This document shows, piece by piece, positions 38,488 to 53,481 of a stretch of DNA of 64,000 nucleotides. The stretch is from contig OZ059895.1 of the NCBI GenBank assembly GCA_964057225.1, positions 7,564,001 to 7,628,000 of the forward strand, given 5' to 3'. The number at the start of each line of letters is the position of its first letter. The first letter of the stretch is position 1. A program made the translations under genes and the position numbers. The stretch is from Auanema rhodensis (Eukaryota > Animalia > Nematoda). The notes beneath the pieces were generated by a model that was not told where the DNA came from, ran no database searches, and saw nothing but the letters and a program-made list of their open reading frames with translations.

Positions 38488-41400
38488 ATGTCGGAGAATC
38501 AGTATGCACCGTTGACACCAGCAGTAGTTCGAATTCTAACTGATAAGTTATATGAAAAACGAAAATCAGCAGCATTAGACATAGAAAAGTTTTTCACTCA
38601 TAGCTATGAACAGGCAGAACGATATTTTTCAGACAAGTTAGAGACTTATATGCCTCAAACCAAATTTCTCAGCTTGAAAAACTGCTTACAGTTCTTCGAG
38701 AACTGGCTATGGCCTCGAATGGAAATACTAGACAAGGAGGGTTAATTGGTTTTGCGGCTGCTGCTATTGCACTAGGAAAAGTATTTATTATTTTTTTTGC
38801 TCCGAGATAATTGAAATGTTTAGAATGCCGGGCCATTCACAACTAGTCTAATTGAGCCTGTTTTGGCTTGTTTCAACGACCCTGATCTTCGTGTTCGATA
38901 TTATGCTTGCGAAGTAAAACCAGTAAAAGTTTATGGTTAAGGTAAACCCTATTATTTTAGTCATTGTACAATATTGTGAAAATATGTAAAACTGGGGTTT
39001 TGGATCACTTTGAACAGCTGTTCGATGTTTTATGGAAAGTGAGATATATTTATTTTATTTTTCTTTATATTTTTAAACTTTTCAGCTATGTGCTGATTCA
39101 GATCAAAACGTGAGAGGCGGAGCAGAACTTTTGGATAGATTGTTAATGGTAAACTCATGTTTGTTTTATTCAACAATTATTTCTTATTTCAGGATATTGT
39201 TGTTTCACAAGAGGATTTCGATATTGCTAAGCTTATGGTACTACTTCGTGAACGTATATACGTTCAAACAAGCTCTAGTCGGAGATTTATTGTATCATGG
39301 GTAAGAAAATATTTTACAGATCTTTCCTATAATCAGTTTTCAGATGAATACTTTATTAACTACCCCATCATTTGATCTTCTCCCATTTTTGTCTGAAGTT
39401 TCGGATGGATTATTAAAAATGCTAGGTGAGTTTCTTTTTTATCAAAATGCCTTCATAAAAATTTCTAGGTGATAGCCAACCAGCAGTTCGAGATATTACA
39501 GAGACTGTCCTTGGGCAGTTTCTGATTGGAGTACAGAAAAATCCTGATGCTTTGACTGATGTAAGTATCTTATAGTTTAAACCAATTTCACAAAATGATT
39601 ATAGGCGGATCGGGCTCAAATAGTTAATGTATTAATTGTTCATTCCCATGAAGAAGAAACTCCTCTTTGTCGACGATTAGCTTTAATTTGGATGGATGAA
39701 TTTATTCGGTTTGTAATCTTTTTTTAATTTTTTTAATTTTGATTTTTATCTTTGTATTATTTAGAGTATATCAGGATAAGCTTTTGCCTTTCTTATCTTC
39801 TTATTTGAAAGCTATCCTGCCTTCTCTCGAAAATGATGCCTTGAAAGGTTTTTATTTTTATTTTTTTGTATAATTTTGACCAATAAGTTTATCTCAGCTA
39901 GAAGTATCAACGATTATTTGTTAACATTGGTTTCTGAAAAGTCCGATATTGATAAGGAAAGTATGGCTAATGTTATTGGTTAGTTGCTTTGCTTTCATTT
40001 GCTTTTTCAATTCAACCTTTGTCTATAACAGAAGTTCTTCTCTTAAATATACAACATGAACGTCGTGACACCAGAATCGCAGTTTTGAATTGGATCCGTC
40101 ATCTTCATGCTAAGCAACCTGTACCTGTAATTATATAATACTTTCGATACAATAATATTAAATTTCATGATAGCTATTCTCATATATGGATCGTATTTTC
40201 CCTATTCTGCTGACAACATTGTCAGATACATGTGATGAAGTCCTTTTGCTTGATTTACATCTTCTTTCGGATGTTTGTCAATCAAAGGATGATCAGCACA
40301 GAGTAGAATTGGAATCTTTCCAATTGAGCAAAGAAACAATTAAACAGGTTTGTTCAATATTATCTTACCCTCGAACTATTTAATTTTTATAGTTGTCGCC
40401 TATTTCTCCATTTTTAATTAAGTTTTCAATATCTTTATTGGAAATGTTCCGTGCTGATGTTACTCTTCTTAATGATCGTGGGGTGTTGATTGTCCGGTAT
40501 ATTTTAAAATTTTCAATAATTCTTGTTAACTATTATGTTTCAGTCAACTTTGTCTATTACTTGATCCTGCTCATATTTTCCGAGCTTTATGTGTGCTGTT
40601 ACTATCAAGAGAAGAAAATGTGACTTTCATTCAGGTATACTTATTTTTCTGATTATTAATTTCTAAAATATTAATTTTTTTTTCATAAAATAATTTGATA
40701 TATCTATAACTTATAGAAAGTAGTATCGATGCTTCATGGAGTTCTATTAACAGCTACTGAATTATTCATTTTGCGTGATCAACTTCGAGACTTAAAAGAT
40801 CCTGTAGGTAGTACTACTTAATTCTTGTTTATTAGTGGTCTTCAGGACACTGTTTCACTTTTCGAATGTATTTTCCGTAGTTGGTGTCACAGACCAATTG
40901 CTCTATTGGGATTGTGTCTTTTATCTCAAAACTACGCTCAGGCTGAGAAGATTGCTCTTCTACTTTCCAAAGTCAGTTTGCCTTTTGGTTTGAAAAGTTA
41001 GTAATATTTTTAGGTTGATATAACTGTGGATGTTCTTGTGGAAGTTGATAAGTTGGTCAGTATGCTAGAAAGTCCTGTTCTAGCTTGTAAGTGTTTTTTG
41101 TACTATATTAGTAAACTTCTCTCTTTCAGATGTACGCATGGATCTTCTTTCAAACAGTCATCAAAGACATCTGTCGACTGTTCTTTCGGCCCTGTTAATG
41201 ATTCTTCCCCAGTCAGATGCTTTTCATACATTGCATAAAAGACTTCAAGCGGTACCAGCTTTGACAACTGTGGGGTAAGTTTTTTTAATCTTTTTTTTCG
41301 CAAATTTTGTTGTTTCCTATGGCTTCATTCGGTTTTTATGCTTTCTCCCCCTTTTCATCATTACCCATCAAATTTCCGATTTATGGCTATTGCGTCCTAC

Positions 41401-41629
41401 TTTTTGAAATATGATTAGTCATTTTCTCTTTTCAGTAACAAAGAAGCTACTACTAAGCCTAAAGTTAATTTCGATCAGTTATTTATGTATCTTGATGAAG
41501 CTCTACAAAGACGACAAAGCGAGGTATATCATCAAATTATTTATATTTCAAATTCGGCTCATTTTTCAGATTCGTAAGCACCATCGCCAAGTTTTACAGG
41601 CTTCTATTCAGCATCTCACTATTAACTAA
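38488..41629 (+). CDS. vacl-14: VAC14 scaffold of the PIKfyve complex, multi-exon
   Basis: [114 protein letters not shown]. Confidence 0.95.
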
Positions 41630-42778
41630 TCTGTTCCCAAAATATTTTATAATCTTCATTTTAATTAATTATTTTTAATCTAATTTTATCTTGTACGGTT
41701 TCAATTGTGATATGTTTTGAATGCCTTCCTATAATATTATACATATGGAAAATGTTTAAATTTATATATAAAATAAGGAATTTTACTTTTTTTATTCTTC
41801 CATTCGAATCCAACATATTTTTCTTTTTTTTGCTGTTACGCTATGTTACATTATGTAATATCTCTCAGATAGTTTATATATATATGAGGGGGCTCCCAAT
41901 TCATTTGTCATGAAATTGTTCGTGAACATCCTGTTGCTATGTGAGAAAAACGTATACGAGCAACATCAATTTGTCAAAAGAGTTCTCTTCACATATTGTT
42001 TCGTATTTACGTCACTTGGTTATAGCTTGAGCTCTCTTTCTATTATTGATGAGCAAAGAAATCTAATGAATATTCGGTTTCACGCAAACGTTATTTCTAC
42101 AAAGCAATGAAGTTGCCATTCCTGATTATTGATGTGTGAGATGAGAGAAAATCTTTCTTACTTCTTATGTAATGTTTTCATTATTGCGAGCATTTTAGCA
42201 TGTATAATGCTTTTAGCTATGCGGTAACCACGGTTTCAAGCTATTAGAGGCTTTCCCAGCTCTAAATTGAGAGTATTAGTATACTCGAGCATGACGGAAA
42301 AAGTCGATTTTTCAACTATGACTTAGCTTTAGCGAAGGTTGCAGAAGAAAGGTAAAGGAATTTTTGTTGAAATAGAACATTCCACTAAGTTATTGCCAAT
42401 TCTGGAAGAAGGTCATCTGTTTGCTGTCATGTATCTGACTCATTTTGGCGCCAATTTTCAATGTAACTCAAGTTGTATCCTGGTCGTTTGCATACACCTG
42501 AATTGCATGGCGACTTTTCTGATACAGAATTTTTGCCTCCGTTTAATTTTTAGGAACTCGAATGATGACAAAAACAAAAGCAAAAATTGGCATTCCTACT
42601 TTTTCTTGCTATCCATTAGAAAACTGAGGAACATTCTGACGTCAGGGGGTAAATTGAACAAGGAAACATAGAGTGACGATGCAATTATGCCGACAACAAT
42701 GTCGATAACACGAAAAACTCTGATTCGTCTAGTACCTTTCCAGCTTCAAACTCTAGTATACTCTTGTGCGTACTCTTC

Positions 42779-42787
42779 ACTCTCTCT

Positions 42788-42824
<37 letters not shown>
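42779..42824. repeat. (CT)n microsatellite
   Basis: CT dinucleotide run in the long intergenic region upstream of unc-57. Confidence 0.9.
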
Positions 42825-42829
<5 letters not shown>

Positions 42830-45800
42830 GCATCTCCTTCTGGATTTATATATTGATTTTACTAACGCCTACACCTACTGAATTTTTCTATTTTTTTGCC
42901 AAATATAGCAATATTCCCCGCCTCTGTGCCTTGTTCTCATGCGTTTGCTTCACGGATTGCTTTAGAATTTTTGAGTTCTGAATTGGATATAAAAACCGAA
43001 TACTTTAAACCTCATTTTTCACTCATTATGATAAATAAGAATAAAAATAAAATATGCTTATGTTAACGTAGTTTTTACATATACTTTTTACTTCTAGGGT
43101 CACCCCTTATGCTCAATGCTTGAGCGGTTCCTTTCCTTAAATTCATATATGTGAGCTCTTCCCAACCTTGTTTCTTCATCCCTGCTTCACTTCTTTTTCA
43201 ATCCCGACTATTTCACGCCTCATATTTGGATTGTTCTTTTCAAGCTATTGCTTTTAGCCGAGTGTACGCTTTGTCTGTTATTCAGTTCTTATTCCTCTCA
43301 ATTTTTCTTAGTTTCAAGTTTTTTCTTTATTTTAAGTTACAAGCTTTTATTCATACTGCAAGATAGTCGACTTCCTGCTGAGTTCTGCAAGCTCTTTAAG
43401 CAGTGCGTCACGTTTTAGCCATGTTTCTTTCAGATGTTTTTTTAATTTTCATCAGTTTCAAAATTACTACTGCTGCATGTTTGGTTATCTCTACGCGTTA
43501 TCTCCAGATAGACGAGCCAGATAATTGCTGATCATCGCTCCGCAAACAAATGCACAATGAGCCAAATAGAGCAGATGAGGAGTGAGCGCGAAAACGAGGA
43601 GGCAACATGAGTAATTCTTAATCATTTGGCTTGGCTATTGGATTGACATTGACATGTCGTTTTTCTTATTACGTTCGATGTCGTTGAAGTTTGTAGTTGA
43701 GACTAGTCTATAGTAGTGTTTTTAATATTTTTTTATAAATCAATCTGTTTTCCTAATCTTATTATTCTTTTATTTATTGCTTTGAAGTACATCTCTTTCG
43801 TAATTCCATTTTTTTCAGAATGTATAAAATTAAAAGTAAATGAATAGTATGTGAGCAAGATTGCCAGATAGGGGGCCACTAGGATGTCTAAACCACAATG
43901 TCCGGGCTCTATTCCTCAGCTCCATCTACCCTCTCACTTTTTCACGATTCCTCTATTTATCTCATAGTGAGCTTGTCGTTCGCTGTCGTCTCTCATTTCT
44001 ATTCTCATCTTCCGGGCTCCTCGATCCTTTCCTTCAATCCCTTGCTTCTGCCGCTTTTCGTATTTCTTTTCAACAATTTTCCACCCTCTCCACCCTCTCC
44101 ATTCTTTTTTCTTGGTTTTTTTCACTTACAAACATATTTCAGAATATCATTATTCTATACGTGGCTTTTGCTCTGTTATGGATGAATAGTTTTCAACTAG
44201 TTGCGTAGGCTTTAAGGAACTACTTAAACTAATAGCCTTCTTGAAAATAAACTGTTCAAAATATTACCGAAGTTTTATCTAATTGCTTTTCTTCAACCTC
44301 TTAGTACAGTTTCACTTTTTTTCGTTTTTCGCATACGTTTCGATAAAACTACTCTAAGCATATATGCATCAAACATGCTATAAACTTTGGTTAAACGAAC
44401 TTGGATTCTATGTAAACTAAGAGCCAATGTTACCTTATTTGCTATTCTATCCACCTATTCAAGTTTTAAATAGATGCGTCCGATATACGGCGTTTCTTAT
44501 TTGCATGTCTGCCTGAGAATTAGAGAAAGATAATATAGAGATAGTATATAACTATGATGAGAAAAAGAAAGAAAGAGAGAAGTACTAAAGCTTATGCCGT
44601 AATTGGCTCCAATGAATAATCGCTTAGCACTACTATGTAACTCTTCCTTCTTAAAACAAGGCTAGAAAAAGAATTACGTATATTCACGCCTGAATAAACA
44701 GGAGTTTTATAGAAATTATACTCGAGAATACAATTCTTGTAAATCAGATATATTATTTCTCCATTTTATCAGAGTATCAGATTCTTGTTTTTTTATAAAT
44801 CGTAATAGCCTGCCTGGTCATTAGAATATTTTGTTGCCAGCCGCTCTCACATAATTCCTTAATGCTTGTTTTGACATGTGCAACTATGATGAGCTTTGTA
44901 CTAACATATTTACTCTGAAAAACTTTTTGTAATTTCGAACCTTTATCGATTGTTTCTTTGCAACTCTATGAATATCTCTTTTATATTTTAACAGATTTCT
45001 TAGTTTACGATTATCAACTCTCCGCAGTATTTTGGCTCAAATGAGGACACCATCCGAGCCTCTTTGCTAATAGCATCAGCCATTGTGACATTTCTAATCT
45101 GCAAAGCCGATATCTAACTAATCTAATAAACAGACTGCTGGACAAAGAAGTTTGTGCCATCAGACGGGCTATGCTACCAAACGCCATTCAGTCCCAGCTG
45201 TTTTTTTTGAGTTGACGCAAACTTCGTGTTCTGTTCGACGCACATGAGAAACGCTAATGAATTCAACGGCGGGATCTTTAGATTAATTTTTACCACATCT
45301 TATTCTATTCCTCTTGCAATATTTAAGTTATAGAATTGGTGTAATTCAAATTTATTGATGAATTTATCAACAGGAATTGCCAGAAAATTGTCTACATCAT
45401 GATTATACTTTAAAATTTTATTTCATGTAATTAGCAATGAAGCTTATCTAAGGAAAAATGCCTGTCTAACTTATGTCCTGATTATATGATGTGATTAGCA
45501 GAATCGCAAAGAGCTATGTTTTTACAGGCAAGCACATTGTTTTCACATCATGCCATGTAGTCTGTTGAAGAAAAGATCGACACATCTAAAGAGATCCTGT
45601 TCTTGTTCACTTTTCCGCCACTCTATCTCCTTTCTTCTACTATTATATTATTGTGCCTACTACTATGCATCCCATGCTGCTGCCCCTAAAAGAGCCAGAC
45701 TGCCAATCGTAGTATGCATTTGTCTTTCGCTTAGGTTCATCACTCGTTTCTTCGCGTTTGTCAAATTCCGATTGGGTCGGTCCTCAACCTCCTTTTATGC

Positions 45801-48118
45801 CTGCAAGCGCTTTTCTTTTACTCTCCCTCACTCTGTTAGCCATCCAGTCGGCCAGCTCGCCGTCTGTCCGGCCAGTCTCCTTTCTCTTTTTCTCTCCTCC
45901 CCCCTCTCTTTAGCCGCCACGCATCGATCCTTCGCTTTCATACATAGACACGTCCGTTGTGTAGGAGCTATACTCAGCTCTGACGACTGCTTCTGTTGTA
46001 TTCATCTCATCCAGAATACCCATGTTTGCTACAACGCGTAATGTTGCCTATGTTTCTTCTTATGACTTCGTTAGCTTCAAAACTTCATCTGTTTCACATG
46101 CTACCTACTTTATTATCTGTACCTTCGGAAAGATTAGTTGTCTTTGTCATTGTATACTTATTGGCTGTATTTTTTGTTAAATGTGTTGAACTGCGGTTGC
46201 TCATCTGATTACAAATAACACGTGGTTATATCTACTAATTCTGAAAAACAAATATATCTCAGGTATAGCTTAAAGTTTTGACGTGAAAGAACTTTCTTAT
46301 CATTCGAAATAATATATTCCTATTCTTGATAAAGTCTTTATCTTCGAAACTTTAATCGATAGTTGCTAATAAAAAACGCAAAGGTCCTCGTGACAACTGA
46401 CTTAATTCAGCTCTGCTTTCACGTTCTCTTCAACAAACTAGTGATATAATATTACGTAATATATCTTGGTTGCCTTGTTTTCTGGTTTATGAGATTTGAT
46501 TCAGTTCTTCGTGGCGGCAAAATAAAAGCTTTTCGAGCTACTCGATGTCATATTAACAATATAGGTTCTTCTGGGTGGAAAATTTCTGAAATATATTCCC
46601 TGTCTTATACCACTTTGGGCTCGTTATATATTATTATTCATTCAATCCGTTTCATTTTTCTTCACATTTTTTCTTTTATTATTCTTGTCATACAGTTCGA
46701 TCAAAGACACACTACCACAAAGTTTTAGCATTTTCTATCATTTTTTATGTGGTCTGTGTTTGCATTTATGCCGTTCGATTCTTTCTGTTCCATTTCACTC
46801 TTGTATTTCTCTCTGAGACTCTCGATCGCACCATAGTTACATTCTTTCGCCCTCCAACACAAACAAGACTATTTGCGCCTCTCTACTGCTCATAGTTTTG
46901 GAGTGTTAATCGTTTTATCATCAATAGGATTTTCAATATAGTTCAAATGAATAGGTATATATGTATGAATAATTCTTATTATTATTGCTTTTGTTTTCAC
47001 TGTCTTGTTTCTTCGAATTTTCAATTAATCATCATCATGTTACTATGGTATGCTCGGATCATTGATGATTTTTGTAATGTTTCATCGGTGTAACTTCGCT
47101 TTCGTTGGCGGTCAACCTTCTTTACATGCATAGTTGACTAAGTTCACGCTATCACCACTGCGGTGCCCGTGTCTCTTCTTTCCTAAATTTTTAATCCAGT
47201 TTCTTCCAATATTGCTGGAAAAGTATTCACTCGTCATCGTGGGACATTATGACCTTAAGTCTTATTGATATTCGCTGTCCTTTTATGAGAGCCACTTTGT
47301 GTTCTCATTCATCAGGAACTGAAGCTCTCCTTCCCTAAGCTATCCATTCATTTTGGTGAATTCGTCATTTTGTGTTTAAGAAGCTTTGATATTGCTTTTT
47401 TTCTCAGCTATTGGAAAAGCTTTCTGGACCCACATCATCTTTCTAGTCTTCAGCAACCCCAGGGATTCTGAATGGCTTGTGGTTTGCAGACATTGCAGAG
47501 ACGAAAGAGAGTCGAACATACTAGTGAAGCTGCCTCATAATGATTCCTTTCGGTAGCTCCATCCTCTGATTCATGAGCTTTCTGCGCTCTTAATGGCAGT
47601 GCATTGGTCTGCTGTCCTTTTTTCAGCCTAATCATCGAATTCACATTTAGCTCTGTCCCCAGCAAAGTAAATGTTATAGTGAAACGTTTTACTTTTTTGA
47701 AAATTTATTTATAACCACTATTTGATTATAACTTGTTGGTGTAGTATTGCTCATACAAACCTTATTTTTCTGTGTCATATAGACTGCGCATCCCTGCTTG
47801 ACTCATACTGAATTGTTCTATTATTTTTCAAAATCACCGATATGCATAATTATTTGAAATTAATTATTCCTTTTTTTATATTTTATTTTTCTTTGTGTAT
47901 CTGCCAATGTTTTTACTTTTAAATGCGTTTGTTTTCATCTTATTTTTTCCGAGGTTTCAATTTACAAGCTGTTCTATTCACTTATAAACTTCAGGATTGA
48001 AAATAACTGAAGAACAATATGTGTTCTTGTAATATTTAAACGCATTTTCTTTTCCAAATGTGCAAGACTATATAATTTATTTTCAGTGTAACTTTACTAA
48101 CATTTATTTTTTTTAACC

Positions 48119-49765
48119 ATGTCTCTCTCTGGCTTACGAAAACAGTTTAATAAGGCTAATCAGGTTTGAAACAGTCATGATCGAATGACGGTCTTATAAA
48201 AGTTTTTAGTATTTGTCTGAGTCTATGGGTGCCGCTGAGCCGACCAAGCTTGATGAAGTTTATAATGAAATGGAAAAGGTAATTATATTATTTATATATA
48301 TTATTGAGTTAATTTTTATTCAGAATATTGATACAACTTATGAGCTAATCAGCGCTCTCGTTGCTGGAGTGAATGAATATTTACAACCTAATCCAGGTGC
48401 TTTGCTTATGTTCCTAAATATCATACACATAGTTAGTGTGTATTGCATTGAATGCCATTTAATTGAGATTAATTTTAAAATCTAATGATACTGAATATGG
48501 ATTTGAGCTTAATTTTTTAATTTTAGCCACAAGAGCCAAAATGGCCACAATGGGCGCTCTATCTAAGGTCAGTGGCACCGCTAAAACTTCTCCTTATCCA
48601 CAAACGGAAGGAATTTTGGCAGAAACCATGCAAAAATATGGCCAAAAACTTGGTAACAGCAGTGACTTGGGAAAAGTAAGCATACATTTCTGTTTTGAAT
48701 GTCTAAGAATCGATTAAGGCTTTGGTGGATTGTTCTGAAACATTCCGTCAAATGGCTGATGTCAAATATCAAATGGAGGATGGATTGAAACATAATTTCA
48801 TTGATCCTTTAACCCATCTGCAAAATAACGAGCTGAAAGAAGTAAATGTATACTCATATTTTACGGAGCTTCTTTTCAAATTTTATAATTTCAGCATCAC
48901 CGAACAAAACTGAAGGGCCGTCGTTTAGATTACGATTGCAAAAAGAGACAGCAAAGACGAGATGACGAAATGATTCAAGCGGAAGAAAAATTGGAAGAGT
49001 CTAAGAGACTTGCTGAGATGGCTATGTATAATGTTTTATCTAATGATGTTAGCTATATATTTTTATAGTAGTAAATCTCCTGTAATTTCTAGGTAGAACA
49101 AATTTCTCAACTTAGAGCCCTAGTTGACGCCCAACTAGATTTTCATCGTCAAACCACTCAGGTTCTTGAAAACCTTCAAATGCAGCTTCAGATGAGGTTT
49201 TTCCTTTTTTGCATATAACAATTTTCATTATCTATTTAGAGTTACTGAGGCCAGCAGTAGACCACGTCCAGAGCACTGCCCTGTACCAGTTCTTCAATCA
49301 CGCACACCTAGATCCAGGTTTTTTTTACTTTTTTAAAATTTAAATTTTAAACTTGGTTAAGATCACCTGCTTTTGACGGGGTATCCACAGCATCAGGCGC
49401 TTCAATGACTAATCCTACTTATGCTCAAAATGGCGCTGCTCCATATTCTCAGCCAGCACCGGTACTATAGTTATTATTTCCATTTTATTTTATTTTTTTC
49501 TAGAATTACACTCAACAACCAGCACCAGCAGCTGCACAAAAACCGACTGCTAAAGCTTTATTTGATTTCGATGCTCAAAATGAGGGAGAGGTTTGAATTT
49601 AAGTTTGTTGATTTCATATCATAAACATTTCAGTTGGATTTCAAGGAGGGAGCTGTTATTGAACTTGTGTCTAAAGTTGATGAAAATTGGATGGAAGGCC
49701 GCGCAAATGGAAAAACTGGGCTGTTCCCAATAAACTATGTTCAAATTCTTGTACCTCTTCGATAA
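48119..49765 (+). CDS. unc-57: Endophilin A (N-BAR + SH3), multi-exon
   Basis: [71 protein letters not shown], and SH3 [27 protein letters not shown]. Confidence 0.96.
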
Positions 49766-50567
49766 CTAGTGAATTCTAGATTTTTGTTTTATGTAATATT
49801 CCGTATTAGCTTGCCACAAGATGTAAATTTCTTATTCTGCGTTTTAGTCGTGCCATCTAGTTCTAACTTCTGTACAATTTGTGATTTCTCGCAATAACCC
49901 TATTTTCATGCATTTAGAATTCCGCTTATAGCTACTAATAGACTTACATTTTTTTTATTTTTAAGATTTTTATTGCTAACAATATTAATCTGTAGATCTT
50001 TAATTTATTTTATTACTTATACTTGCATTCACAGTAACTTATTTATTAGATAACCTACTCATTCGGTTATCGCATGTCACTTTCATAAACTGTAAAATAT
50101 GATGCATTTTTGCATTTTTATTCCATCTATTTTTGTAGATGTCATTTACATGTTCAATCAAATAAATATTTGGACAATAGTTCAAAGAATTGGATAAACA
50201 ATATCATGGGTTTAAGAAACATTGAAAGGTTATTATAGTCAAATCAAAAACAGATTTTTTTAATATTGAGTTGTTAAAAGATTCGTTTACTGAAACCTTA
50301 CAATCATTTCTATCTCAAAAATAACTATGTACATCATTATAGTACAGTGTATATTGGGTCAGTAGTATATGCTTTTTTTCAGATTTAGATCTGATGTGTA
50401 CGTTGTTTACAATGTTTTTTAAAAACGTCGTTGGGTAAAAAGTTGAAATCATCCTGCTGAAAATTTGAACGTGTTTATTGATGTTCTTATAGTAATTAGT
50501 TATTGTTGAGATATTCTAACTATTTTCTGTGCTTTTTGAACAGTTCAAATATTTTTTTAAAGATATA

Positions 50568-51453
50568 ATGGCTGGAGGCATGCATTTTCTGGTGGGAATC
50601 TCCACGAAAGATTATGTAATTCTGGCTGCCGATAAGGCATCCTTTTCTTATGGAGCCATTCTCACTGATCAAGGTTAGTATTTTATATTCAGAAGTTTAT
50701 TTTTAATGTGAAATTCATTTTTTTAAGATAATGACAAGGAGTATAGGCTTGGAGATAAGATGTCTATGATCTGTATTGGTGAAGACGGAGATGTTGATAA
50801 CTTTGGAGAATGGGTTAAGAGAAATATCCAGTTGTATTCTATCAGAAACGGTAAATTTTGTGTATATAATGTATCATATACGTAATAATATAGGTTATGA
50901 GTTATCACCAAAAGCAGCCCACCACTGGATTAGAGGAAGAATCGCCTCAGGTCTTCGTTCAAGAGTATAACATGTTCTTTCTCTTATATACCTATAACAA
51001 CATTTTGCAGGAGTCCTATTATGTTGACCTTCTTCTTGGTGGTTATGACGAGAACGAAAAGAAGGCTTTCTTAGGGTCTGTAGACTATCTTGGAAATGGA
51101 TTGCCATATCAGGTTTTTATTTTCTTAGGTAATTTCAGAATAATTGTTTTGTTTAAGCCATATTTGTTCCGTGGATTCTGTGGTCGTTTCTGTTATGCTA
51201 TTATGGACAGAGAATACAAAAAAGGTCAGCACCAGTATAAGACTTCTTTCATAAGTCGTGTTTCAGATATGAGCGAGGAACAAGGCTTGGCTCTGATGAA
51301 TAAATGTATCGCTGAGGCTAAGAAACGCTTTGTCGCCAATATTCCGGGTTATAAGGTTATTTTAGCCTTTGATATTCTTGGATATTTGTATTTTTGCAGG
51401 TTCTCATTATCGATAAGAATGGTCTTCGACACCTTCCAGATGTCATGTATTAA
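50568..51453 (+). CDS. pbs-4: Proteasome subunit beta type-2 (beta4), multi-exon
   Basis: MHFLVGISTKDYVILAAD, GEDGDVDNFGEWVKRNIQLYSIRNGYELSPKAAHHWIR, YYVDLLLGGYD, CIAEAKKRFVAN. Confidence 0.95.
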
Positions 51454-51615
51454 ATCATAACGATATATTGAAGTCCGGTAATTTCAAACGTGTTGGCCCC
51501 TATTATGTATCCCCGATGTTTCCTTTAAATTATTTATTGTTACTTTCAACACGGTTTCATAAATCATCTCTTCACCCGTGTGTGTATATCAAACTACTTC
51601 AGAAACTAGACAAAA

Positions 51616-52570
51616 TTAGGCAACTTCTTTGAGCAACTCCTTTCTTTTTATTTCAATGATTGATAATCCTTTCTCTTCCATTGAACGCTTCAGAGTTAAC
51701 AACTTTTGGCGAGTTTCCTTTAAATCATCAGCTTTAACAGATTGCTGACTGGATTGCTTGTCGAACTTCGTATACACCTAAAAAGATGTGTACTAATATT
51801 ATAAAAAAAGAATATCGGCATACAGTATTTAGAGCTTGCTTATATTCATTGAAAATTTTACTCTTAGCCTCTGTTGCTAACTGTTCTCGTCTCTCTCTGG
51901 TCATTCGAGGTGTTGGAATATAGAGAACAACTCCTTCTTGTTGGGGGTTAACATTCAGTGCAGATTTCTTAATTAAAATGTGTAATGATAAGAAAGCCTG
52001 ATTAATGAACCTGTATAGCGAGTTTGGCCCATTTGATAGCGTTCGGATTATTAGCAAAATTTATCATAACCATTTGAGGAGCTTTCAGGCTAACTCTTCC
52101 CAGATGGGACATTTTATGTTCCTAAGCAAATATTAATGATTAGCATTACTTTTTGCTACATGCATACATCTCCTTTCTCAAGCTTTACTGTGATATCTTC
52201 ATATAGTCGTAGGTCAATCTATTAAAATGTGCGAAATTTTTTAAAGATTATTATTTGTTACCTGTAAAGAAAAGTGCTTCGCCAATTCTTCGCCTAATAT
52301 TTTTATAATTTCTTCCATTTCTTTTACAGCGCCTTTTAAATATACGTTTTCGCCAGTTATAACATTTGAATTAACAATTTGTCCTCCCTGTAACATACCC
52401 ATGATCATCGAAATAGTATTAGACAAGCAAACCTTTTTTCCTTTTTCATTCCTCTTCACTTTTAGTAATGAAGCAGTTGTGTGAATTTGAGTACTTTGAG
52501 TTTGTACAACAGAACTTGCTCTTATCACTCTTAGAGGATATACTGCCCGAAACAAACGTGTTGAAATCAT
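51616..52570 (-). CDS. mrrf-1: Mitochondrial ribosome recycling factor, multi-exon
   Basis: Mitochondrial presequence (MISTRLFRAVYPLR..IHTTASLLK), KSALNVNPQQEGVVLYIPTPRMTRERREQLA, and a C-terminus ending KRKELLKEVA*. Confidence 0.88.
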
Positions 52571-53481
52571 TCTATGGAAAACTGATCATTAAAAAATATT
52601 CTATTTACAAAAATTCATTAAACATTCAAAGCGTAATTAAGAGTAAATAATTTTTTAACCCGACGGTCATAAAAATTAAAGTATTAAGACGACATTTTGC
52701 GTACAGGTAATTCAAAATTTTATTTAAGTTGTAAAATTTTATTAAAATTTTTAAAATTAGGATTAGGATTATTTGGCGTTACTCGAATATTACAAGTTAT
52801 CAAACTTTACACGATTATTCATTGGTTTTTCTTAAATAATTTTCCCGTTTATCCTTATAACAATAAAAACTAATGATATAAGTATGTAATAAGATCTGGT
52901 AATTATGGGAAATATTGTTGATTTCATGTATTTGAGCTTATATTCTCGATCAGAAATAGTGATACCTATTTTGGTTGAACTACTCCAAACTCAGGTAATA
53001 AGCCCATACTTTCTGAATATTAGCGGTGGTATATGGCATGGAAGATCTAAACATGTGTTAATGTGTATTAATATGAAAATGATTCACCATATTATATATT
53101 ATTCAGGAAGAATCCCATTATTGTTAATGGACCATGGTGTGGGAAGAAATTAGGAATCAAAATTACTATTATTTTCGAATATCATTTGTACTGTTCGACA
53201 GATAAATGGTTGTATCTACATCACATTTCTTATTAACTGTTCTATATAATTTATTCTATTTAATTTTTAAAATTTATTACAGTATAATTTATTTATATTT
53301 AGTTTAATTATAATAAAAGTGTTTGTTATAATAAATTAAAAGTTGTAATAAACTATTTACTATATATAGATATAAAAAAAAAACATTTGATGGTATTAAT
53401 AACAATATATTTTCATTTCATGAACCGTACAAGTTTTATCATCATATTAAGAATATCATTACCCAAAAATAATATTTAATA

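Noticed and set aside
45550-46041. 163-aa ORF and other F/L/S-rich ORFs in intergenic and intronic regions
   Set aside because: Composition reflects CT/T-rich low-complexity DNA; no domain or splice support.
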